DNA of 40,188 nt from Acidimicrobiales bacterium (GTDB lineage Bacteria; Actinomycetota; Acidimicrobiia; Acidimicrobiales; SZUA-35): positions 1 through 40,188 of the forward strand of contig JBPEXC010000361.1 in assembly GCA_052032035.1 (NCBI GenBank), read 5' to 3'. The notes beneath the pieces are model-generated. The model did no database searches. It was not told where the DNA came from and worked only from the letters and a program-made list of their open reading frames with translations. Below are positions 1 to 6,472 of this stretch, in pieces. Within the stretch, counting starts at the first letter, position 1, and each line of letters starts with the position of its first letter. Position numbers and translations under genes: made by a program.

Positions 1-64
1 TGTGATCATTCGGCCGGCTGGCAGCCGGGAGTGAGCGGCGGAACGCCATAAAAGTCCAGCTAGA

Positions 65-163
65 TGGTGCCCGGGGTGGGATTCGAACCCACACGAATCT
101 TTCGATTCAGAGGGGTTTAAGAACACCGCGGTCGACACGGCCGTCGCCCCGAGGAGCCCGGGC
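65..163 (-). tRNA. tRNA-like element: canonical 3' half with encoded CCA and a long variable arm, but a 5' half that does not fold as a tRNA. Possible tRNA remnant or pseudogene.
   Basis: The minus strand reads GCCCGGG-...-GAATC-GAAA-GATTC-GT-GTGGG-TTCGAAT-CCCAC-CCCGGGC-A-CCA. This gives a 7-bp acceptor pairing, a perfect T stem-loop and a GNRA-capped 5-bp variable arm. Positions 8-55 lack U8 and the D-loop GG, and no 5-bp anticodon stem can be drawn around the candidate loops CUUAAAC or UUCUUAA. Confidence 0.4.
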
Positions 164-363
164 GCCACACCGGTACGGAACGCTCCGAGCACCCGAACCG
201 GGACCTGCACCATCGCCGCACGCTATCGCCGCGCCGCATCGGCCCCCATGACGCACTCGAGCCGACGGCTCGCACCGTCGGCTCGAACGCTTGTTGGAGA
301 GAAACACACACGAGGAGGTCGACACCGCCGGCCTCCGAAGGGTCTGACCGGCCCGGTGTCGGA

Positions 364-1164
364 ATGGTTACAAAGGTCACAATCGGCGAGACTGCGGCCA
401 TGACCGTCGTCTTCGTGCATGGCAATCCCGAGACCGCAGCGATCTGGAACGAGCTGCTCGACGCCCTCCGGGCCGAGGGTGTGGAACGCGACCTGATCAC
501 CCTGTCGCCGCCGGGATTCGGTGCGCCGGTGCCGGCCGACTTCGAGCCCGTCGCAGCCTCCTACCGGACGTGGCTCACCACCGAGCTCGAGGCGATCGTC
601 GCCACCGCCGGGCCGATCGACCTCGTCGGCCACGACTGGGGCGGGGGTCACGTCGTGCCGGTGGCCCTCGACCGCCAGGACCTGATCCGCAGCTGGTGCG
701 TCGACGTCCTCGGCCTGTACCACCCCGACTACGTGTGGCACGACATGGCCCAGGTGTGGCGCACCCCGGGCGCCGGCGAGGAGAACATCGCCGGGATGAT
801 GGGCACCCCGACCGCCGAGCTGGCGATGCTCTACGAGTCGCTCGGCATGACCCCGGCGATCGCCGCCGACGTGGCCGCCGGCGCCGGTGACGAGATGGGC
901 CGCTGCATCCTGTCGCTCTACCGCAGTGCCGATCCCGCCTACCTCGCGGAGATCGGCGCCCGGCTGGGCGACAACGACCGGCCGACCCTGGCGATCTGCG
1001 CCGAGAACGACGACTACGTCGGCAGTCGCGCCCAGATCGAGGAGATGGCCGGGCGGGCGGACGCCCGTACGGTCCACCTGGCGAACGTCGGACACTGGTG
1101 GATGCTGGAGGACGCCGCGGCCGGCGCCGCCGTATTGGCATCGTTCTGGTCGTCTTTGGAATGA
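364..1164 (+). CDS. alpha/beta hydrolase fold protein
   Basis: 266-aa ORF with VVFVHGNPETAAIW (HG oxyanion motif) and GHDWGGG (nucleophile elbow, Asp type as in epoxide hydrolase/haloalkane dehalogenase-like enzymes). Start could alternatively be the ATG at 400. Confidence 0.8.
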   Translation: MVTKVTIGETAAMTVVFVHGNPETAAIWNELLDALRAEGVERDLITLSPPGFGAPVPADFEPVAASYRTWLTTELEAIVATAGPIDLVGHDWGGGHVVPVALDRQDLIRSWCVDVLGLYHPDYVWHDMAQVWRTPGAGEENIAGMMGTPTAELAMLYESLGMTPAIAADVAAGAGDEMGRCILSLYRSADPAYLAEIGARLGDNDRPTLAICAENDDYVGSRAQIEEMAGRADARTVHLANVGHWWMLEDAAAGAAVLASFWSSLE

Positions 1165-1188
1165 TGCAGTGATCCCGGAGGTGGTTAG

Positions 1189-3483
1189 GTGGTCGAAGTG
1201 ATTGTCGAGAAGACGCGGACCTGCCCGCTGTGCGAGGCCGGGTGCGGTCTCACCGTCGGGTTCCGGTCCGAGCCCGACACGCCGATCGCCGTCGACACCC
1301 CGGTCGTGCGCGTGCGCGGCGACGCCGACGACGTCCTGTCCAAGGGGTTCCTGTGCCCCAAGGGTGCCTCGCTCGGCCACCTCCACCACGATCCCGATTG
1401 GCTGCGCACCCCGATGATCAAGCGGGGCGACGACTTCGAGCCGGCGACCTGGGACGAGGCGTTCGCCGCCATCGCCGACGGTCTACTGCCGATCATCGCC
1501 GAGCACGGGCCGCAGTCGGTGGGCGTCTACCTCGGCAACCCCAACGCCCACAATCTCGGCGGCCTGCTCTACAACCGGGTCCTGCTCGGAGCGCTCGGCA
1601 CCCGCAACCGCTTCTCGGCCTCCACGGTCGACCAGCGGCCCAAGGAGGTGTCGGCCGGCACGATGTTCGGCTCGGTCACCGTCCCCGTGCCCGACCTGGA
1701 CCGCACCGACTTCCTGGTCATCATGGGCGCCAACCCCCTGGCGTCGAACGGCTCGCTGTGCATGGCGCCCGACTTCGGCGGCCGCATCACCGCCATCCAG
1801 GAGCGCGGCGGCCGGGTGATCGTGATCGACCCCCGCCGCACCGAGACCGCCGAGAAGGCCGACGAGCACCTGGCGATCCGCCCCGGCGGCGACGCCGCCC
1901 TGCTCGCCGCGATCGCCCAGCACCTGTTCGCCACCGACCGGGTCGACCTCGGTCATCTCGCCGACCACGTGACCGGCCTCGACGGGCTGCGGGCCGCCGT
2001 CGCCGGCTACACCCCCGAGCGCGTCGCCCCGATGGTCGGTCTCGACGCCACCGTGATCACCGGCCTGGCCGACGACCTCGCCGCCGCCCCGACCGCGGCG
2101 GTCTACGGCCGGATGGGGACCTGCACCCAGGAGTTCGGATCGCTGGCGTCGTGGCTGGTCGACGTGGTCAACGCCCTGACCGGCAATCTCGACTCGGTCG
2201 GCGGCGCCATGTTCGCCAAGGGCGCCACGGGCCAACCGTCGACCAAGGGCGCCCCGGGTTCGGGCCGCGGCTTCCGTCTCGGACGCGGCCACTCCCGGGT
2301 CTCCTCGACCCCCGAGGCGCTCGGCGAGTACCCGGTCACCGTCCTCCTCGAGGAGATCGAGACGCCCGGCGAAGGACAGATCCGGGCGATGGTGACCGTC
2401 GGTGGCAACCCGGTGTCGTCGAACCCCAACTCGGCCCGGGTCGACGCGGCGATGGCGGCGGTCGACTTCATGGTGTCGATCGACCCCTACGTCAACGAGA
2501 CGACCCGCCACGCGAACGTGATCCTGCCGCCGCCGACCCCGCTGCAGAAGGGCCACTACGACCTGGCCCTGCTCAACTTCGCGGTCCACAACGTCGCCAA
2601 CTACTCCCCCGCCCTCGTGCCCCTGGCCGACACCCAGCTGCCCGAACACGAGATCATCCTGCGCTTCGCCGCCCTCGTCGGTGGCGTGCCGGTCGACGGT
2701 CTCGCCGAGGCGGCGGCCGCCCTCGACGACCAGACCGCCGAGGGCATGGCCCGCTCGATGGTGCGCGACGAGCACGGCCCGCTCGCCGGACGTGACGCGG
2801 CCGAGGTGGTCGCCGACTGCGGCGACCGTCGTGGGCCCGAGCGGCTCCTCGACCTGATGCTGCGGGGCGGCCCGTACGGCGCTGGCACGGCCAGCGACCT
2901 CTCGATGGACGTCCTCGAGGCCAATCCCCACGGGGTCGACCTGGGCGCCCTCGAAGCCGGCCGCATCCCCGATCTGCTCCGCACCGAGTCGGGCAAGGTC
3001 GAACTGATGCCCGAGCCGATCGTCGCCGACCTGCCCCGCCTCGCCGAGGCCGTCCAGGCAGCGGCCGACGCAGCCGCCCAGGGCGTCGACGACGGGGCGC
3101 TGCTCCTGATCGGCCGTCGCCACGTGCGGTCCAACAACTCCTGGATGCACAACCTGCGCACCCTCACCAAGGGCCGCAACCGCTGCACCCTCCAGGTCCA
3201 TCCCGACGACGCCGACCGCATCGGTCTCGTCGACGGCAAGCTCGCACACATCACGAGCCGGGTCGGTGCCCTGACCGTGGCGTGCGAAGTCACCGACGCC
3301 GTGCGCGCCGGTGTGGTGAGCCTGCCCCACGGCTTCGGCCGGGGGCTCGACGGCGTGCAGCTCGAGATCGCTGCCGCCTACGACGGTGTGAACACCAACG
3401 TGCTCACCGACGAATACCTGCGGGACGAACCGACCGGCAACATCGCCCTCAACGGCGTGCCGGTCACCGTCACCGCGGGCTGA
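1189..3483 (+). CDS. molybdopterin-dependent oxidoreductase (formate dehydrogenase/anaerobic dehydrogenase-like, COG0243 type)
   Basis: 764 aa. N-terminal 4Fe-4S Cys cluster CPLCEAGCG...C-PKG, then molybdopterin oxidoreductase-type sequence to a C-terminal MopB barrel-like region. GGAGGTGG Shine-Dalgarno sits about 7 nt before the GTG start. No in-frame TGA, so it is not a selenoprotein. Confidence 0.9.
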   Translation: MVEVIVEKTRTCPLCEAGCGLTVGFRSEPDTPIAVDTPVVRVRGDADDVLSKGFLCPKGASLGHLHHDPDWLRTPMIKRGDDFEPATWDEAFAAIADGLLPIIAEHGPQSVGVYLGNPNAHNLGGLLYNRVLLGALGTRNRFSASTVDQRPKEVSAGTMFGSVTVPVPDLDRTDFLVIMGANPLASNGSLCMAPDFGGRITAIQERGGRVIVIDPRRTETAEKADEHLAIRPGGDAALLAAIAQHLFATDRVDLGHLADHVTGLDGLRAAVAGYTPERVAPMVGLDATVITGLADDLAAAPTAAVYGRMGTCTQEFGSLASWLVDVVNALTGNLDSVGGAMFAKGATGQPSTKGAPGSGRGFRLGRGHSRVSSTPEALGEYPVTVLLEEIETPGEGQIRAMVTVGGNPVSSNPNSARVDAAMAAVDFMVSIDPYVNETTRHANVILPPPTPLQKGHYDLALLNFAVHNVANYSPALVPLADTQLPEHEIILRFAALVGGVPVDGLAEAAAALDDQTAEGMARSMVRDEHGPLAGRDAAEVVADCGDRRGPERLLDLMLRGGPYGAGTASDLSMDVLEANPHGVDLGALEAGRIPDLLRTESGKVELMPEPIVADLPRLAEAVQAAADAAAQGVDDGALLLIGRRHVRSNNSWMHNLRTLTKGRNRCTLQVHPDDADRIGLVDGKLAHITSRVGALTVACEVTDAVRAGVVSLPHGFGRGLDGVQLEIAAAYDGVNTNVLTDEYLRDEPTGNIALNGVPVTVTAG

Positions 3484-3545
3484 CCTCCGCAATCCGAGAA
3501 CAACCACCCGACAGCCAATCACCCGAAAGACATCGAGGGGATCCG

Positions 3546-4784
3546 ATGACCACGACCGAGACGGCCGCCACCGGCACCGAGACCGAGGAGGAGTTCCGCG
3601 CTCGCGTGCGTGCGTTCCTCAGCGAGCACGCCACCGGCCTCGACTACGAGACGCCCGACCCGCGCAGCGCCAACGAACTGGAGGCCAACAAGGCATTCCA
3701 GCAGAAGCTGTTCGACGCCGGCCTGGCCGGGCTCACCTACCCCAAGGAGTACGGCGGCCAGGGTCTCCCCCTGTCCTACGAGAAGGCCTACCGCGAGGAG
3801 GCCGCCAAGTTCCCCGACATGGTGACCCAGCTCACCATCAGCCACGGGATGTGCGTGCCCATGCTCAACGAGTACGCGCCCGAGCACCTCAAGGCCAAGT
3901 ACATGCCCGACGCCATCGCCGCCAAGACGGTGTGGTGCCAGATGTTCTCCGAGCCGGGCGCCGGCTCCGACGTCGCCTCGCTGCAGACCAAGGCGATGCT
4001 CGACGGTGACGAGTGGATCATCAACGGCCAGAAGGTGTGGACCACTCTCGGCCACGTGTCGGACTACGGCATCCTGATCGCCCGGACCGACGTCGAGGTG
4101 CCCAAGCACAAGGGCATCACGATGTTCATCGTCGACATGAACGACCCGGCCGTCGAGGCCCGGGCCATCCACCAGATCGACGGCGGCATGCACTTCAACG
4201 AGGTCTTCTTCACCGACTTGCGGGTGCCGAAGGACCACGTGCTCGGCGACGTGAACGACGGCTGGCGCATGGCCACCGCGATGCTGATGTACGAGCGGGT
4301 GGCGATCGGCACCGGCTCGAGCTCGGGCATCAAGACCCCGACCTTCAAGATGCTCAAGCGCAAGGCCGAGGAGGCCGGCGTGGCCGACCAGCCGGTCGTG
4401 CGCCAGGCGCTGATGAAGATCTACGGCGAGGAGGTCACCAAGAGCCTGGTGTCGCTCCAGACCCGCGCTGCTCTCAAGGCCGGCAAGACCCCCGGACCCG
4501 GCGGGTCGCTCGGCAAGCTCCACGGGGCGCGGATCTCGGTGATGACCCGAGCCGTGCTGCTGGCCGTCGAGGGCGCGTCGGGCATCGCCTGGGACCCGGC
4601 CGACGACAAGGGCGGCGACGGCGCCCACTTCACGCTGCGCAGCTTCGCCGCCAACATCGCCGGCGGTACCGACGAGATCCAGAAGAACATCATCGGCGAC
4701 CGTGTGCTCGGTCTGCCCCGCGACATCAGCGTCGACCGGGCCGTGCCGTTCAAGGAACTCAAGGTCGGCACCCAGTCCAGCTGA
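3546..4784 (+). CDS. acyl-CoA dehydrogenase
   Basis: The ORF track gives 3282..4784. I chose the ATG at 3546 (MTTTETAA..., in frame, 88 codons in), which is preceded by GAGGGG. ACAD-like motifs are present: WCQMFSEPGAGSD, WTTLGH, GGTDEIQKNIIG. Confidence 0.9.
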   Translation: MTTTETAATGTETEEEFRARVRAFLSEHATGLDYETPDPRSANELEANKAFQQKLFDAGLAGLTYPKEYGGQGLPLSYEKAYREEAAKFPDMVTQLTISHGMCVPMLNEYAPEHLKAKYMPDAIAAKTVWCQMFSEPGAGSDVASLQTKAMLDGDEWIINGQKVWTTLGHVSDYGILIARTDVEVPKHKGITMFIVDMNDPAVEARAIHQIDGGMHFNEVFFTDLRVPKDHVLGDVNDGWRMATAMLMYERVAIGTGSSSGIKTPTFKMLKRKAEEAGVADQPVVRQALMKIYGEEVTKSLVSLQTRAALKAGKTPGPGGSLGKLHGARISVMTRAVLLAVEGASGIAWDPADDKGGDGAHFTLRSFAANIAGGTDEIQKNIIGDRVLGLPRDISVDRAVPFKELKVGTQSS

Positions 4785-4854
4785 CCGCCCTTCCGGCTGC
4801 GCTGCCCGGCTCGCTCCCGCGGCGGCCACCCACCTCAGCCACGACCAGCCATCT

Positions 4855-4975
4855 GGGATTGGGTCGATGAGCGGGCGTCACACGCCCTCTCATCGACCCA
4901 TTCTCGCGTCCGGCCCCAGGTGTTCGGGATTGGGTCGTTCACACGGCCCGAGACGCCGCCTCATCGACCCAATGT
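4855..4975. repeat. pair of REP-like palindromic elements (same family as 34255-34684), direct orientation, 71-nt spacing
   Basis: Copy A (4855-4903) is GGGATTGGGTCGATGAG-C-GGGCGT-CAC-ACGCCC-T-CTCATCGACCCATTC, a 12+6 bp hairpin. Copy B (4926-4973) is GGGATTGGGTCG...CGACCCAAT. The pair lies in the convergent intergenic region after the acyl-CoA dehydrogenase. Confidence 0.8.
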
Positions 4976-5005
4976 CGCGCACACGTGGCGCGGCGCCCAG
5001 CCGGT

Positions 5006-5323
5006 TCACGCACCGGCGTGGCGGAGATGGCTGGGGATGATGTCGTCGACGACGATGATCACGTCGCCGGGTTCGAGCACCTCGCCGGCAGCCTCCAGGT
5101 CGACCATCTGGGCCCCTTCGAGTCGAGCGCCGACCCGGGCCACGGCGAGTGCGTCGTCGGGGATCTCGAACGCGAACTCGCCGGCCTGATTCGAACGGGT
5201 GGTCGCGGTGTGTTCAGCGCCTTCCACCGTTCGATATGCGAACCAGATCTCGACGTCGCCGACCGCGGCCTTTCCGGTGACCCCGTGGAGCCGGCCTTCG
5301 AGGGTGTTCTGCGGCACGTTCAT
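5006..5323 (-). CDS. small hypothetical protein (105 aa) with a carboxypeptidase-regulatory-like (CarboxypepD_reg) beta-sandwich pattern
   Basis: The pattern G-V-G....GDVEI......T.T....GEFAFEIP resembles CarboxypepD_reg. AAGGA lies about 10 nt upstream of the ATG. Third-position GC is high. The opposite strand is also open, so strand assignment rests on sequence plausibility. Confidence 0.5.
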   Translation of the reverse strand: MNVPQNTLEGRLHGVTGKAAVGDVEIWFAYRTVEGAEHTATTRSNQAGEFAFEIPDDALAVARVGARLEGAQMVDLEAAGEVLEPGDVIIVVDDIIPSHLRHAGA

Positions 5324-5353
5324 CTCGCCATCCTTGCACCCACGAGCACCGCG

Positions 5354-5908
5354 ATGCCGATGCGTGACCAGCCGTCACGCATGTCGAAGCCGAGTAAGGT
5401 CGAACTCGTGGCGGCACCGACAAAGCTCCCCGAACGAACCTGGTCACCGGTAACGGTGGCTGCGACGGTCGTCACCGGTCTGGCCTTCCTGTGGTTCGTG
5501 CTCCTCCCCTTCGTGATCGGCCCGCTGCTGGTCCGATGGACCGAGACCGACGCCCATGCCTTCGTGGTGACGATCGAGCCGATCAACGTCGGAGCCGGCG
5601 AGCAACTCGATGCCACCATCACCATCGAGATCGCCTCGCCGACCGGCAGCGAGGGCGACACCGTATGGGTCGCTCCCCTCGGTGTCGGAGGCACGACCGT
5701 CGCCCCAAACGCTGCCCGCCCGGACGGGCTGGAGCCGCTGTGTGTCGACCTCTGCCGGAGCCGCGCGATCTCCTTACCAGCCTGCGAGGCCACGACGATC
5801 ACGGGTCTCCGGATCTGGATCGAGGCCGGCACGGCGAGCGAGTACCTCCCCGACTCCTCCGCCGAGGTCCTCGCGACCTCAGTCTCCCCGAGCGACGCTT
5901 CCTGCTGA
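5354..5908 (+). CDS. hypothetical membrane-anchored protein (one TM helix, Cys-containing extracytoplasmic domain)
   Basis: This is the in-frame ATG (MPMRDQ...) within ORF 4985..5908. The TM segment is VTVAATVVTGLAFLWFVLLPFVIGPLLV. The upstream 123 codons of the ORF are antisense to the 5006-5323 gene and look artefactual. Confidence 0.55.
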   Translation: MPMRDQPSRMSKPSKVELVAAPTKLPERTWSPVTVAATVVTGLAFLWFVLLPFVIGPLLVRWTETDAHAFVVTIEPINVGAGEQLDATITIEIASPTGSEGDTVWVAPLGVGGTTVAPNAARPDGLEPLCVDLCRSRAISLPACEATTITGLRIWIEAGTASEYLPDSSAEVLATSVSPSDASC

Positions 5909-6316
5909 CGGGGTGCTGGTCGTCGACCACACCATCGCCTGCCACTGGCCGACATCGTCGTAGTGACGGGTGAAGTCGAGGTCGACTCGCCGTTCCAATC
6001 CGAGCGAGTGCATCACCGACTCGGAGCGACGGTTGGTGGGCGAGGTGTAGGCGAACACCTCCCGGCACCCGACGCGTTCGAAGGCGTCGGCCAGCGCAGC
6101 CGACGCCGCCTCCGGGGCGTATCCCTGCCCCCAGACCTCCGAGCGAAGCCGCCACCCGATCTCGTGGTGTCGCCCCAGTGGGCGATCGTCACCTGGCTGG
6201 AGATCAGCCATCACAGCGGCGTCGGCGTTCATCGCAGCGAAGTCGTCCGCGTCGCTCACCGCCCACTCCCGCAGGATCAGCCGGTCGGTCTCGATCGTGA
6301 AGAGGTCGGCCGCCAC
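5879..6316 (-). CDS. GNAT family N-acetyltransferase (RimJ/RimL-like), abnormally short and possibly internally deleted
   Basis: These are the C-terminal 145 aa of the 918-aa track ORF. Motifs: ETDRLILREW (beta1), EIGWRL..WGQGYAPEAA (beta4/alpha3 acetyl-CoA motif) and TSPTNRRSESVMHSLG. GTG start chosen at 6316. The usual 30-45 residues between DAAVMADL and EIGW are missing. Confidence 0.55.
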   Translation of the reverse strand: MAADLFTIETDRLILREWAVSDADDFAAMNADAAVMADLQPGDDRPLGRHHEIGWRLRSEVWGQGYAPEAASAALADAFERVGCREVFAYTSPTNRRSESVMHSLGLERRVDLDFTRHYDDVGQWQAMVWSTTSTPSAGSVARGD

Positions 6317-6472
6317 GCAGCGACCGTACAACGCAGCGACCGTACGACGGGGCGACGCGGTGGCGCTGAGCCCCGGATGTGGGGCTGAGCGTCGCAGCGT
6401 TCGGGCGCACCGGCCCAGCGGGTCCGGGCGGAGGGAACATCTCACGCCGGGCGACGGTTGGACAGGGACGCC

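Noticed and set aside
40-60. RNase P RNA P4-like motif AAAGTCC
   Set aside because: Only the 7-mer matches. The flanking GGAGGAAAGTCCGGGC context is absent, and there is no room for a 400-nt structured RNA.
65-163. tRNA-Sec (selC) or tmRNA interpretation of the 99-nt tRNA-like element
   Set aside because: The length and long variable arm suggested selC, and a molybdopterin oxidoreductase gene lies nearby. However, there is no UCA anticodon and no 8-bp acceptor, and the oxidoreductase has no in-frame TGA. For tmRNA, the acceptor lacks the G3:U70 Ala identity pair and the GGGGCTG 5' end, and the required about 370-nt body would run into the hydrolase gene.
1483-3522. 679-aa minus-strand ORF and the other ORFs overlapping the molybdopterin oxidoreductase gene
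   Set aside because: They are antisense or out-of-frame shadows of a gene with clear family motifs, and show no motifs of their own.
4985-5353. N-terminal 123 codons of plus-strand ORF 4985..5908
   Set aside because: This part is codon-aligned antisense to the 105-aa minus-strand gene, and its sequence (DDVVDDDDHV..., GHGECVVGDLERE) looks like a shadow frame. I kept only the part from the ATG at 5354. This remains uncertain (see findings).
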